From: Candidatus Shapirobacteria bacterium | GTDB taxonomy: Bacteria > Patescibacteriota > Microgenomatia > UBA12405 | Length of the DNA: 64,000 nucleotides | Direction of reading: 5' to 3' | Assembly: GCA_041659325.1 (NCBI GenBank) | Contig: JBAZYN010000002.1 | Coordinates: forward strand, 513 to 64,512 | In this document: positions 28,612 to 39,076 of the stretch, in pieces | How the letters are laid out: each line of letters begins with the position of its first letter | Numbering within the stretch: position 1 is the first letter of the stretch | Notes under the pieces: model-generated | Seen by the model: the letters and a program-made list of their open reading frames with translations, nothing else | What the model was told of the DNA's origin: nothing | The model's database searches: none | Translations under genes and position numbers: made by a program

Positions 28612-29262
28612 CTAAATTTTGATGACACTCCAATAGATTTTTTCCACGAGAAGCGGAATAAGCGACTTAGATTTTTCGAGATTGGTGCCACCGGAGGTTT
28701 TGATAACAATAAAGATTTGTTTTCCGGGAACGGTGACGATTGATTGATATTCAAAATAATTATCTTTGGCAATTTGGTTTTCTTTGATTTGGGCACCTTC
28801 AGGGAGATTGTTTTTTGCCAGACTATCGACGGCATTTTCTTTTTTTAAGAGCTGAGAAACTGTATTAACAGGATTGCTCTCGAGAAACATTTGATCACGG
28901 TTTCTTGACCAGGAAAATGATTGGCTAGTGGCCGGGAGAGTTTCCACATAAAAGGACCAAAGGCTGTCATTGTCTTGAATCAGAGGATTGATACTGGCAT
29001 CCAAGTCAACTCGGTTGGAGGAGTTAATTTTTAGATCCGGTAGGTCTAAATTTATTTTAATTTTTTGATATTTTTTTTCGCTAATGATTCGATTTATGGT
29101 TCGATAGGCAGCAAAAATGGTGCTCAGGCCAATACAAAGAAAAAGAGCAATCATCAGAGTAGTTTTTTTCTTTTTGGCCTTGGCAGCACTTTCAAGCGGC
29201 TCAACCAAACTGAGCTGTTGACTGGGAAATATTTTTTTTGTTTTGTCTAATTTGGAGCTCAT
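28612..29262 (-). CDS. single-pass membrane hypothetical protein
   Basis: 216-aa ORF with one TM helix, last gene of the minus-strand run. Confidence 0.65.
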   Translation of the reverse strand: MSSKLDKTKKIFPSQQLSLVEPLESAAKAKKKKTTLMIALFLCIGLSTIFAAYRTINRIISEKKYQKIKINLDLPDLKINSSNRVDLDASINPLIQDNDSLWSFYVETLPATSQSFSWSRNRDQMFLESNPVNTVSQLLKKENAVDSLAKNNLPEGAQIKENQIAKDNYFEYQSIVTVPGKQIFIVIKTSGGTNLEKSKSLIPLLVEKIYWSVIKI

Positions 29263-29265
29263 AGA

Positions 29266-30183
29266 CTACTTGATTTGCTTTAGAGTTAACAGAGCGGTTT
29301 TTGCTCCCATGGCGGAAACAACAGAGGCTGAGTTTTTTATACCCCAGGACAGGGCTTCCCCGGGATCTTTTCCGTAAATCAGAGCCGCTACAAAAGCCGA
29401 ACCAAAGGAATCTCCGGCCCCGGTTTCATCGACCGGTTTGATATTGATAATGGGTGAAAAAAGATGCTGACCACAGGTGAAAACGTGAGCGCCCTGCCGG
29501 CCATTGGTTACCGCAGTAATAAGTGATTTAAGGGCGGCAACCTTTGACCAGAAACCAGAATCATCGTTTTGGGAATCCATTAGATTTTCGGATTCTGTTT
29601 TGTTGAGAAGGAAAAAGTCGATATATTTTAGGAGCGGAATTATTTGTCTTTTTTTTGATAGTTCCCTATTGCCGGGATTCAAGGCTACTTTGATTTTGTG
29701 ATCAAAGGCAAAACCAATTAATTTTTCTAAAAGATCAAGGTTGCCTTCGAGGGAAGCGATATAAAACCACTTGGTTTTTTCAATTTTTGACCAAGCAAGA
29801 TGTTTTTCTTCGAGTCGATTTTTACCGCGATAGGTCATAATCGAGCGACTACCATCGTGAGCAACCAGAATTACAGAAAAATCGGTAAGCTCATCGGGGG
29901 GACGGCTCAGAAGGGAAGTATCCACTTTTTCTGTGGCAAAATCTGACATAACATAACGACTAAGGGTGTCGCTGCCGAGAAGCGAAACGCAGGCAGTTTT
30001 CAGACCGAGACGGGAAAAAGCAACCGAAGAATTACTGCCCCCACCACCCGAACAAATTAAACTCTGAGAAATTTCATTTTTGGAAGAAACAGGCAGACCT
30101 AAAATCCCGTTTTTTTGAACTAATTGTTCAGATTTGACAAGAATATCGACAGTTGAGGCACCAAAAGATATAATATCGTACAT
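29266..30183 (-). CDS. PfkB family carbohydrate kinase
   Basis: GGGGSN, N..E, DETGAGDSF. Confidence 0.9.
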   Translation of the reverse strand: MYDIISFGASTVDILVKSEQLVQKNGILGLPVSSKNEISQSLICSGGGGSNSSVAFSRLGLKTACVSLLGSDTLSRYVMSDFATEKVDTSLLSRPPDELTDFSVILVAHDGSRSIMTYRGKNRLEEKHLAWSKIEKTKWFYIASLEGNLDLLEKLIGFAFDHKIKVALNPGNRELSKKRQIIPLLKYIDFFLLNKTESENLMDSQNDDSGFWSKVAALKSLITAVTNGRQGAHVFTCGQHLFSPIINIKPVDETGAGDSFGSAFVAALIYGKDPGEALSWGIKNSASVVSAMGAKTALLTLKQIK

Positions 30184-30222
30184 AAACTATGTTAGACCGT
30201 TTATTGGGTTAAAACAAGAAAG

Positions 30223-31623
30223 ATGGGTAGTGAAAGCGGTGGAGGGTGGAGACCAGTAGTAGCGGGAATGCTAGTCATCGCGGCAGCTACACTGGGGACG
30301 GGGCTCAATGGAAATAACGAGAATGGGGTTCAAGCAAAAAATAAGGTGACTGAAGTGTCTCCAAGCAAAACACTAAAACCCACGTATACCGCGATACCGA
30401 CAGCTACTCCGACGGTGACTTCGACCCCGACACAGACGCCTGAACCAGTACCGTCTGCAAAACCAACGGAGGTATTTCAAAGCACCATTGAAATGGGGGG
30501 AATAACGATGTTTTACGGTTCGAGCGGGTCAATTGCCTATCAAATCGGGGACGAGCCAAAAATGTTTATTGACAAACAAGAGATTGTAAAAGCACGAAAC
30601 GTGGCAAGAAAAGAACACGAATACCAAGTTATCGCATTAATTGAGGCTCCGGAGCCGGGGCCGGATACATATAAACCAAGTGAAGACAGACCACTGTTCA
30701 ACGAATTACCGCCTGATGTGGTCAGTCCGGAAGATTTAGAAAGAAGAGGGATAAAAGTAATAAATGGGGCAGTTGAGCTACATATAAGAGAAATGGCTTT
30801 TGACGCCGACGGCCCGTTGGCGGAATATCAACCGGGTGGCCAAAAAAAACTTATTGTGGCAATGGTTGATGAACCGACTTTTTCGCCAGATTCTTTAAAT
30901 GACCAACGTTATGAGGAAATCCGGGAACTAGCGGGACCGGCTTATAAAAGCATAGGAGGTGAAGAATCAGCCGGGATAGAAGAATACAGACAGCAGGAAC
31001 TAACAGCCATGGAATTTCAACTGTCACAGGCAAGAGGAGAGAAGATGGATGATACAACACTCCAAAGTATAAAAGTAAGCCAGAGGTTTCTTCAGGACGC
31101 AAGCGAGGGCCAGCTAAGGGAGTGGATGAGTAAAGAAACGAACTTCGGAGGTGTCATGGTTCCGGCTTCAATGGTCGAAGAAATTATTGGGCTAAAAAAC
31201 ACTGATGTTATCGTAATCTGTACCGGAAAAAGCAGGATTGGGAACTATTGGGCAGTCGGAGTAGACGGTCGTGGAAAATATAGTACTCAGTTGGTACCAT
31301 TGGGGGCCCGGCGCAATGTAAATGGACGCCCTAAGATAAGTCAATCCAGACCGAGAGCGAGTGATTTTAGTATCTCCGACGAGGGCACAGGGAAGACATA
31401 TGCAACAGACGACAGAACTCTGCCTTTAAATTTATGGCATGAACTTGTACATCTCTTAAAACCGGGTATCGGGGAAAGAGCCACAGATGTGGAGGCAATT
31501 AACCATTGGATCCAGGAATATTTTGAACGCGGGGAATCTCCATTTTTATTTTCAGTACCTGATAGGGGCGGTTATATTCAGGCTAAGAATGAGAAAGGGA
31601 AAGCTGCACAATTCTTTGCTTGA
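30223..31623 (+). CDS. exported hypothetical protein with Thr/Pro linker and HExxH motif
   Basis: Signal-like N-terminus, PTATPT linker, HELVH near the C-terminus. Confidence 0.6.
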   Translation: MGSESGGGWRPVVAGMLVIAAATLGTGLNGNNENGVQAKNKVTEVSPSKTLKPTYTAIPTATPTVTSTPTQTPEPVPSAKPTEVFQSTIEMGGITMFYGSSGSIAYQIGDEPKMFIDKQEIVKARNVARKEHEYQVIALIEAPEPGPDTYKPSEDRPLFNELPPDVVSPEDLERRGIKVINGAVELHIREMAFDADGPLAEYQPGGQKKLIVAMVDEPTFSPDSLNDQRYEEIRELAGPAYKSIGGEESAGIEEYRQQELTAMEFQLSQARGEKMDDTTLQSIKVSQRFLQDASEGQLREWMSKETNFGGVMVPASMVEEIIGLKNTDVIVICTGKSRIGNYWAVGVDGRGKYSTQLVPLGARRNVNGRPKISQSRPRASDFSISDEGTGKTYATDDRTLPLNLWHELVHLLKPGIGERATDVEAINHWIQEYFERGESPFLFSVPDRGGYIQAKNEKGKAAQFFA

Positions 31624-32422
31624 CAATTTCTTTCACTTCGTCGATGGCGGGGGCAAGGTATTCGTAGATTTTTTCTGAATTTATCGCCGATAAGCTGTGG
31701 CGAAGGGAGGAGAGATATTTCAAACGAAGATCGGTGTTGATATTGATCTTGACAATCCCCGTTTGAATGGCCCGATCGATTTGCTCGGGGCTGATACCTG
31801 AACCACCGTGGAGGGTAAGAAAATTTTCGGGAATGGATGCAGCTATTTGGGAAAGAAGATCAAGGTCAATATTTTCGGGATAGGTAGTGTTGACACCATG
31901 GAGATTGCCAATGGATACAGCCAAAAGATCGGCGCCAGTGGCAGACATAAATTCGGAAGCTTGGAGGGGTTTGGTGAAACTTTCTGCGGAAAATCCGTTT
32001 TCGATCAGATTAATTTTGTTAAATTCGACTTCTATAAGAGAATCGGGGTTTGAATGGCGTATTTCGGAGATAAAATTTTTGGAAATTTCTAAATTTTCCT
32101 GATAACTGAAGGCAGAACCATCAAAATGGACCATGTCAAAACCAAGAGTGAGCAACCGTTTAAGGCGGGAAATATCTTTTCCATGATCCATGTTGAGAAA
32201 AATCGGCAGACCTTCAATTCTGGCTTTTTTAACCAACATCAATAATCTTTCTGCTCGGACGAAAATATCTTCGCCAGTTGATAGTTGAACAATGCAGGGT
32301 AAGTTTGTCTCGGAGACAGCACTTTCGACGGCCTGATAGATTTCAAAACAGTCTATGTTGAAGGCAGGCAGAGAAAGATGGTTTGATTTATATTGATCAA
32401 AATATTGGCGAAGGGTGTTCAT
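31583..32422 (-). CDS. fba: class II fructose-bisphosphate aldolase
   Basis: PAFN, DHG, GNLHG, LHGGSG, KININT. Confidence 0.9.
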   Translation of the reverse strand: MNTLRQYFDQYKSNHLSLPAFNIDCFEIYQAVESAVSETNLPCIVQLSTGEDIFVRAERLLMLVKKARIEGLPIFLNMDHGKDISRLKRLLTLGFDMVHFDGSAFSYQENLEISKNFISEIRHSNPDSLIEVEFNKINLIENGFSAESFTKPLQASEFMSATGADLLAVSIGNLHGVNTTYPENIDLDLLSQIAASIPENFLTLHGGSGISPEQIDRAIQTGIVKININTDLRLKYLSSLRHSLSAINSEKIYEYLAPAIDEVKEIVKQRIVQLSLSHS

Positions 32423-33345
32423 CTAGATGACATGATAACATTTACGGCTTCGCGTAAATAATCGACACCGATACCATAGTGTTTATAAAGTTCCCGAAAG
32501 TCTTTGGCTGATTGGCCAAAACGGTTGTCGACGGCAAGATGAATAAATTTCGGGGAGAGACCGGCAGATAGTACCAGGGAAGCGACAGCTTCCCCCAATC
32601 CGCCATTTTTTTGATGGTCTTCGAGAACGATCAGGCGGCCGGTTTTTTCAACACTTTTTAAAATGGTCTCGGAATCTAGCGGTTTTATAGAAGAGCAATT
32701 TATAATTTCAACACTGGTGGAGCCAATGTTGAAAGCCTGAATCAGGGTTGGGCCATAACCCAAAACCGTGACACTGTGCCCTCTTTTTAAAACATAAGAT
32801 TTTCCGATGGTAAAGCTGTTTTTGGGATTATAAATTGAGGGAGTGTGAGGGCGGATCAGGCGAAGATATGAAGGCAGGGGGCTTCGGGCAATTACGGAGA
32901 CTATTTTTTCGGTTTCAATGGCGTCAAGCGGAGCAAAAACCTGCATATTTGGTAAGGAGCGCATAAGGGCGACGTCTTCGAGCATCTGATGGGTGGCGCC
33001 AAGGTCGGTACTGAAAAGACCGGAGTGAGAACCAACGATAGTGACATTGGCATGGTTATAACAGATGGATTGCTTAATGGTATTCCAGTTTATGGATGGG
33101 GAAAAACAGGAAAATGAAGTAAGAAAAACTTTTTTGCCGGTTTTGGCTAAGCCGGCGGCAACGCCGGCGGCATTGGCTTCGGCGACACCACACTCAATGA
33201 AGCGGGAAGGGAATAATTTGGCGAACTTATTTAAAGAAAGCGATGATTTTAAGTCGGCATTGACGACATAAATACTTCTATCATGCCTGGCAAGTTTGGT
33301 AAGAGTTTCTCCAAAAGCCTGGCGGATGGATAGGTCTTTAACCAT
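32419..33345 (-). CDS. transketolase C-terminal subunit
   Basis: ECGVAEAN, LGATHQ, EDH...GGLGEAV; start at MVKDL. Confidence 0.9.
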   Translation of the reverse strand: MVKDLSIRQAFGETLTKLARHDRSIYVVNADLKSSLSLNKFAKLFPSRFIECGVAEANAAGVAAGLAKTGKKVFLTSFSCFSPSINWNTIKQSICYNHANVTIVGSHSGLFSTDLGATHQMLEDVALMRSLPNMQVFAPLDAIETEKIVSVIARSPLPSYLRLIRPHTPSIYNPKNSFTIGKSYVLKRGHSVTVLGYGPTLIQAFNIGSTSVEIINCSSIKPLDSETILKSVEKTGRLIVLEDHQKNGGLGEAVASLVLSAGLSPKFIHLAVDNRFGQSAKDFRELYKHYGIGVDYLREAVNVIMSSR

Positions 33346-34132
33346 GGTTGTCGATTTCTTTTCTGGCCCTTTGATGTAGATTTTCGGGCAAATTTTTAAT
33401 GTCGTGGTAGTGGTAGTCGTGCTGCATGAAAGAAACGCCCTTGCCAATAATGGTTTTGGCAATTATACAATTGGGAAAATCGGAGTCTTGGGCGTCCTTT
33501 ATGGCCTTGGTAATTTTTTTAAAATCGTGACCATCGACAGTGGTAACAGTCCAGCCGAATTGAACATACTTGCCGGCAAGATTACCCAGGGGCATTATGT
33601 CGTCGGTAGCCCCATCGATTTGATAGTGGTTGTAGTCGACAATATTTATCAGGTTGCCGAGATGATATTTGCTGGCAAACATGGCGGCTTCCCAGGTTTG
33701 CCCTTCCTGGTGCTCCCCATCGGAGGTGAGACATATGGTGGTATTCTTTTTATCGCCAAGTGCCAGTCCACAGGAAAACGACAGTCCCTGGCCCAGGGAG
33801 CCGGCGGAATATTCAACTCCGGGAACATCGGTGGAAACATGCCCCTGGAGAATGGAGCCAAAGGAAGAATAGGAAGAAAGAAGCTCTCTGGAAAAAAGCC
33901 CTAATTTCGCCAGGACTACATACAAGGCCGGGCAAAGATGGCCGGCAGACAGGACAAAATGATCTTTTTTGTGGTTAAAAACATCGGAAAAATAGACAGC
34001 AATCATTAGGTCCAGAGAAGAAAGCGAACCTCCGATATGGCCTCCACCTGATTGGTAAATCATATCCAGCAGATCAAGACGAAGTTCACGGCTGATTGTC
34101 TTTAGGTTGTTAACCCGGGGGGCAAGAAGCAT
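33338..34132 (-). CDS. transketolase N-terminal subunit
   Basis: GHIGGSLS, GSLGQG, SDGE..EG..WEA TPP motif. Confidence 0.92.
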   Translation of the reverse strand: MLLAPRVNNLKTISRELRLDLLDMIYQSGGGHIGGSLSSLDLMIAVYFSDVFNHKKDHFVLSAGHLCPALYVVLAKLGLFSRELLSSYSSFGSILQGHVSTDVPGVEYSAGSLGQGLSFSCGLALGDKKNTTICLTSDGEHQEGQTWEAAMFASKYHLGNLINIVDYNHYQIDGATDDIMPLGNLAGKYVQFGWTVTTVDGHDFKKITKAIKDAQDSDFPNCIIAKTIIGKGVSFMQHDYHYHDIKNLPENLHQRARKEIDNHG

Positions 34133-34193
34133 AAAATAGTATAGGTGGTTTTGGTGTTAAAATAAAGGGAAAATTGTGATAAATTAGAGGGCA

Positions 34194-34694
34194 GTGGACA
34201 TTTTTTATAACAAATACTATCAAAGCGTCCGGGGCTTTGTGGCAAAAAGGATTGATGATGAAGGGTTGGCTGAGGAGCTGACAAACGACATATTGATGGC
34301 AGCGATTAAGTCGCTACCTAATTACGACAATAAGTGCTCTGAATTCAGTTGGATTTGCAGTATTGCCAAGCATAAAATAATTGACTATTACCGAAAGAAA
34401 AAAATAAAGACGGTGCTGTTTTCGGTTTCGGAAGTGTTTGAAGATGTGGCCGATAAAGCCCTCAGCCCGGAGCGAGAAAGTATAGAGGCCGAGCTAAAGG
34501 GTGAAATTAAAAAAACACTAAGGGAGCTAAAAGCAGGATACGGCAGCCTTTTACGACTAAAGTATGTAGACGGAATGAAGATCAGACAAATCGCCGGTAT
34601 TTTGAAATTGAGTGTAAAAGCGGTTGAATCCCGGCTAATAAGGGCCAAAAAACAGTTCCGTCTGGCGTGGAACTATGATCAAAAAAAGAGTTGA
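34194..34694 (+). CDS. ECF sigma-70 family RNA polymerase sigma factor
   Basis: Region 2 W...IA..KIIDYYR and region 4 IA......VKAVESRL.RA. Confidence 0.88.
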   Translation: MDIFYNKYYQSVRGFVAKRIDDEGLAEELTNDILMAAIKSLPNYDNKCSEFSWICSIAKHKIIDYYRKKKIKTVLFSVSEVFEDVADKALSPERESIEAELKGEIKKTLRELKAGYGSLLRLKYVDGMKIRQIAGILKLSVKAVESRLIRAKKQFRLAWNYDQKKS

Positions 34695-35031
34695 AAAAAT
34701 TGCTAAGTTGTCAATTTTGGTCGGGGCCAAACAGGCGTGGAAATTGCTTTGTAACTTATATCTTTTGAGCTACCAGCCATTTTTGACCCTGAGAACCATT
34801 AAGGAAAGTGATGATAAGCTGCAATTAATATTGCTACTTTTGGCAGTTGTTTCCCCGGCGGTTTTTTATGTTACAACCCGAGTGGTTTGGGATAACTATA
34901 AATACGGGCGGGTATTAAATTCGGTGGGGCAGGTGTTTTTGGTGGTTTTCGTTGTGGAGGTTTTGATATTTTCGTATCTTTTGTATTGGTCGATTAAAGT
35001 AATCAGGAGTTGTCCGAAAAAAACAAATTAA
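34675..35031 (+). CDS. small membrane protein coupled to the ECF sigma gene
   Basis: Two TM helices, overlaps the sigma stop. Confidence 0.65.
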   Translation: MIKKRVEKIAKLSILVGAKQAWKLLCNLYLLSYQPFLTLRTIKESDDKLQLILLLLAVVSPAVFYVTTRVVWDNYKYGRVLNSVGQVFLVVFVVEVLIFSYLLYWSIKVIRSCPKKTN

Positions 35032-35073
35032 TGGAATTAGTTGACAAAATGGTTGATTTGAAATATTATTCGG

Positions 35074-35652
35074 GTGTCGTTTCGTGTTATTGATTTAAGG
35101 AGATTTTTTATGGGAAGAGAGCATGGTCCAGTTAGAATTGTGGTATTGAGTCGAAAAGAAAGAGAGGTGGTAAGCGATCCGAGGTGGAGAGATAGATTTG
35201 GAAGGTTGAACCAACTCTTGGGTGAATTGGGGCCGGAGGCAAATACGGTTGTTGATGATTCTTTGGCAATGGTTGACCTACGGCTTGAGACTGAAGGACT
35301 TAATGCTTTAGAATTAAACGCCGAAAGGAGAGCGAGAGGACAGGAGTTATTAAAATTGAGAAGGGAAAGGGCGACTGGTATTGTCAGGGCCGCAACAACA
35401 TTGAATCCTAACGTGACTATGGCACGTGGCTTGGAGTTATTTGATGATGATAAAGATTCTGTTGGTGATTATGAGGTCGCCTCATTGGTTGAAAGAGCGT
35501 TTCTAGAGGCGGCTGATAGAGGTACACCAATGATAAATTCGAATGTAATCAAGGCCTGGGCTAATATTTTGAGGATGGGGTACGATATGCAATCCAGTAT
35601 TGATCCCTCTAGGATAACTACCGTGATGAGATCGGCGATAGTTAGACGTTGA
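35074..35652 (+). CDS. hypothetical protein
   Basis: 192-aa ORF, no recognised motif; start uncertain. Confidence 0.55.
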   Translation: MSFRVIDLRRFFMGREHGPVRIVVLSRKEREVVSDPRWRDRFGRLNQLLGELGPEANTVVDDSLAMVDLRLETEGLNALELNAERRARGQELLKLRRERATGIVRAATTLNPNVTMARGLELFDDDKDSVGDYEVASLVERAFLEAADRGTPMINSNVIKAWANILRMGYDMQSSIDPSRITTVMRSAIVRR

Positions 35653-35729
35653 GGATATGAAAATTAACCAAATTGACAGTTGAGGTTGCAATTTGGGATG
35701 AAAGACAGAAAAACGTATATAATGGGCGG

Positions 35730-36341
35730 ATGAGGAAAATAATCGTAGTATCGGGTTTGGGAGACAGCAAACGCGAGCTTGGCCTTGGGTCGGCCTGGTG
35801 GAAAAATGAGGGATTAAGGCCGTTTATATTTCTACCAAATTGGGGAAACGGTAAAGGAGTAAAGCCAAAGCTCGTCAGATTATTAAAAATGATTGATAAA
35901 GAAAGTGGAAAAGAGACAATTTTTTTGATGGGAATCAGCGCCGGAGCTAGCTTGGCGATGAATGCTTTTTTACAAAGGCTTGATCGGGTAGAAAAAATGG
36001 TGAGTCTGTGCGGCAGATTAAGGTTTGGGTATTCCCCGGATAAAATCAGGAGAAAAATGCAAAAAGAGACATTGGCCTATCGGGCGTTTAGGGAATCGGT
36101 AAAATTGCTGGAATCCAATGTCAAAAACCTGGAAAAAAAAGATAGAAAAAGAGTCCTGACGGTTAGCGCCAAATTCGGCGATGAGCTAATTCCGATCGAA
36201 ACGTCACGGTTGGAGGGGGCAAAAAACATTTTGATACCGACGGCGGAGCATATTTTGTCAATTTTTGGCGGAATGACGGTCCATTTTAAACCGATAAGAG
36301 AGTTTTTGCTGGGAAAACAGGGTGGGAGTAAAATATACTAG
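35730..36341 (+). CDS. alpha/beta hydrolase fold protein
   Basis: GISAG nucleophile elbow, DELIP, EH; ATG 6 nt after TATAAT. Confidence 0.75.
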   Translation: MRKIIVVSGLGDSKRELGLGSAWWKNEGLRPFIFLPNWGNGKGVKPKLVRLLKMIDKESGKETIFLMGISAGASLAMNAFLQRLDRVEKMVSLCGRLRFGYSPDKIRRKMQKETLAYRAFRESVKLLESNVKNLEKKDRKRVLTVSAKFGDELIPIETSRLEGAKNILIPTAEHILSIFGGMTVHFKPIREFLLGKQGGSKIY

Positions 36342-37087
36342 TGATGACAAACGTGGTAATGAGTGATGAGGCAGAAGGGGCGCTTCAAAATATCTTTGAA
36401 ATTACAAAACCGATTTCTATTTTTGTTTATGGCTCTCGAGCCAGAACAGATTTTAAACCAACCAGTGATTATGAGGTCGGGGCAATTTATTTAAAAGAAA
36501 ATAAACCAAGAAGGGCTGAAATTGCGGCGTTACATAATGTCGAGGGGTTGAATGTTTATCCTTTTGCGGCTGAGGGGCTGAAACAATATAACCTGGATAC
36601 GCCATTTCCCAGGGCAATATATCTTAGGGAACTTATTGGCAGTAGCAGGACAGTATTTGGGCAGGAGATTTTGGAGAAAATGGAGCTGCCGGTGATTAGA
36701 TTAACAGATTTATTGGAGAGTGCGGCTTTTGAAGTGGCTACAGCGTTTGCGGCAGTTAGGTCGTTTAGAACAAATGATTTAATAACTACTTCGATAAACT
36801 TTAAATCAGCGCTCTTTGGGGCCAGGATTTTGGAAATTTTAGAACTAAAGAAATTTCCTTTAACTTATGATGGAATCTTTGAAACGACAAAACAGTTAGA
36901 CCTAAGTCCTGAATATTTGCCCTTACTTGATCATGCCATGAGAGTAAGGCGGGGAGAAAAAATTCAGGAACAATTTTTATTTACGAACATTACTTTTTTA
37001 AACCAAGAAGTTCTTAAAAAGGTAAAACATGAATTATCGGCAAGTGGCGATAGAACGGTTTTACCGGGGAAGAAAATTGAGTGGTAG
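36341..37087 (+). CDS. nucleotidyltransferase-domain protein
   Basis: YGSRARTD....SDYE pol-beta superfamily motif. Confidence 0.7.
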   Translation: MMTNVVMSDEAEGALQNIFEITKPISIFVYGSRARTDFKPTSDYEVGAIYLKENKPRRAEIAALHNVEGLNVYPFAAEGLKQYNLDTPFPRAIYLRELIGSSRTVFGQEILEKMELPVIRLTDLLESAAFEVATAFAAVRSFRTNDLITTSINFKSALFGARILEILELKKFPLTYDGIFETTKQLDLSPEYLPLLDHAMRVRRGEKIQEQFLFTNITFLNQEVLKKVKHELSASGDRTVLPGKKIEW

Positions 37088-37177
37088 GAGCTTGGGGCTT
37101 TTTCCCAAACAGAATTGGCTGATGAAACCCCGAAATAAAAAAAGTTATAATGAGGGGTGGGAATAGAAGAGGGATAA

Positions 37178-38056
37178 ATGGTTGCAAGTCAAAGACCGAT
37201 AAAATGTGAGGAGAGACCTGAGTTGGTATCAGCAGTTTCCCAAAAATTAGGACATGCATATAAGTTGTTGGGGATTCCCGAGCCTAAGCTGCTGCCGGTA
37301 TCAATAGATTTTGAAGAAATTCCATATCTTGCAAAAGTAGATGTTACGAAAATCGGGGTAAGGGTAGCCTGTGACGAGAGATTTAGAACAAAAGAACAAG
37401 AGGATACTGCTTTGGTGGAATTTAGGTTAGAGGGAAACAACTTCCCCGGGACAGAGATAGTGTTGGCCCATGAGCTAGCGCACATCGGTCTTTGGGCTCT
37501 GACCGGGCAAGAAAGGCAACCGCCAACGAGGTTATTTGATGAAGGATTTGCGAATATTATCGAGAATGCGGCTGAGGCTGAAGATATTGAAGACTTAGAG
37601 CTAAGGGCAAGAGAGGAAACACGGGAAATGATGGCTTCTCACCCGGATGCATATGCAAGATGCCTGGAAATAGACCGGCCGGTTACCCAGACAGAGGCAC
37701 CACAGTTAAACGGGGTGGATGCAGTAGTGGGGAGGGCATTTTTGTTGTGGGCACGGCAAAAGGGCGGAAACCAGGCAATGATTGACTTGCTATCTCATTC
37801 ACCATCGGCAACTAAAAGAAATGACGAGGAGTTTGAGCCGGTGGCCTTGAAAGATGAGTGGGCAAATAATGAGGAGTACAATGAGTTGGTTGAAAAGATG
37901 ATATCAGGGGAAATACAACCTGAAGATTTTCCCCAAGAGGCCTATGAGTGGGAAAGAAAACAGCTAAAATGGGCGATATTAAAAATAACCGGAGCGGGAA
38001 ATATGGATGAAGTTAAACGAAAATTTTCCGAATGGGTTGAAGAAGGAAGAAAATAG
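37178..38056 (+). CDS. hypothetical zincin-like protein
   Basis: HELAH followed by DEGFA (gluzincin-like). Confidence 0.6.
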   Translation: MVASQRPIKCEERPELVSAVSQKLGHAYKLLGIPEPKLLPVSIDFEEIPYLAKVDVTKIGVRVACDERFRTKEQEDTALVEFRLEGNNFPGTEIVLAHELAHIGLWALTGQERQPPTRLFDEGFANIIENAAEAEDIEDLELRAREETREMMASHPDAYARCLEIDRPVTQTEAPQLNGVDAVVGRAFLLWARQKGGNQAMIDLLSHSPSATKRNDEEFEPVALKDEWANNEEYNELVEKMISGEIQPEDFPQEAYEWERKQLKWAILKITGAGNMDEVKRKFSEWVEEGRK

Positions 38057-38155
38057 GTAGCAAGATGGATATGTTTGTGGGAAGCAAAGAAGTAGTCTAA
38101 TGATGATTTATTTGAGGTTGATAAGAAGTAAAGAGGATTGCGGTATAATAGCCTG

Positions 38156-38971
38156 ATGGATATTTTGTGCTGGAACATAATGAGCGGAGGGTTTAATGGC
38201 TACGACAGTATGGCCAGTAAACCCGAAAGGTTAGATTTGTTGGTAGAAGCAATAAAGGGAGTTAACGCCGATTTTGTCAGTTTGGTTGACACACACAGAT
38301 GGACTGAGGTGTTTACGCCTGATGATTTGAGAGGATTATTTGGATATGAAAATGTCTATTTTGTGGGGCTTAATGACCAGAGGCTTAAGGTAAAAGGGCA
38401 TGATAATGGTATTGCTGTTTTAACACGATTGCCGATTACAAGATTTGAGACGGTGAGATTGGCAACGAGAAATGCAATTAGATCTGTGATTATGAATGGA
38501 GGAAAAGAATTGGAGATATTTTCAGTATATTTGGATGACTTAAGTGAGGATACGAGACTAAGGCAGGTAATGGCACTTTTGGGGCTAATTGATTTTGCTA
38601 AACCGACGGTATTTGCCGGAGACTTAAATACCATAAGTGCAAGTGAGGTACCGGAAGCGAGGGAAAATATAGAGAAGTTATTTTCTAGATACCCGCAAGC
38701 CCGGGTGATGGAGCCGTCTTTGAGGGAAATGATGCGGGGAGAGGTGATCAAAAAAATCGAAGAAAGGGGTTTTGTTGATATGGGAAAAGGGGCGGGAAAT
38801 ACAATACCGAGTAAACTGTCGCCTATTCCAATAGATAGACCTTTATTAAGGTTAGATTACGGCTTTTGCACCAAAGGGGTGGTAGTGGAAGGTTTTGAGG
38901 TATTAAGGGAAGAGATATTTGACAAGGTGTCGGATCATTATCCTATTAGGATGAAGGTTTCCTTGGGATGA
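38156..38971 (+). CDS. endonuclease/exonuclease/phosphatase family protein
   Basis: WNI, GDLN, RLDY, SDHYP. Confidence 0.85.
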   Translation: MDILCWNIMSGGFNGYDSMASKPERLDLLVEAIKGVNADFVSLVDTHRWTEVFTPDDLRGLFGYENVYFVGLNDQRLKVKGHDNGIAVLTRLPITRFETVRLATRNAIRSVIMNGGKELEIFSVYLDDLSEDTRLRQVMALLGLIDFAKPTVFAGDLNTISASEVPEARENIEKLFSRYPQARVMEPSLREMMRGEVIKKIEERGFVDMGKGAGNTIPSKLSPIPIDRPLLRLDYGFCTKGVVVEGFEVLREEIFDKVSDHYPIRMKVSLG

Positions 38972-38972
38972 A

Positions 38973-39070
38973 CGTCGGGTAAAATGATTGGGGAGTAATA
39001 AAAGAAAAACGCAACCTAACGTTTGCCTGTTTTGTATTGAATAAGAAGATAAATAGGATTGGGGTAAAAT
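38973..39070 (+). repeat. ~97-bp intergenic repeat, copy A
   Basis: Aligns end to end with 39605-39699 (CGTC...AAAATGAT...GGAGTAATAAAAGAAAAA...TTGCCTG.TTTG...AAGAA...ATTGG.GTAAAAT). Confidence 0.85.
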
Positions 39071-39076
39071 GTAATA

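Noticed and set aside
32419-34132. Split transketolase as a pseudogene or frameshift
   Set aside because: Two-subunit transketolases are a common natural form, and both halves are intact with coupled stop/start
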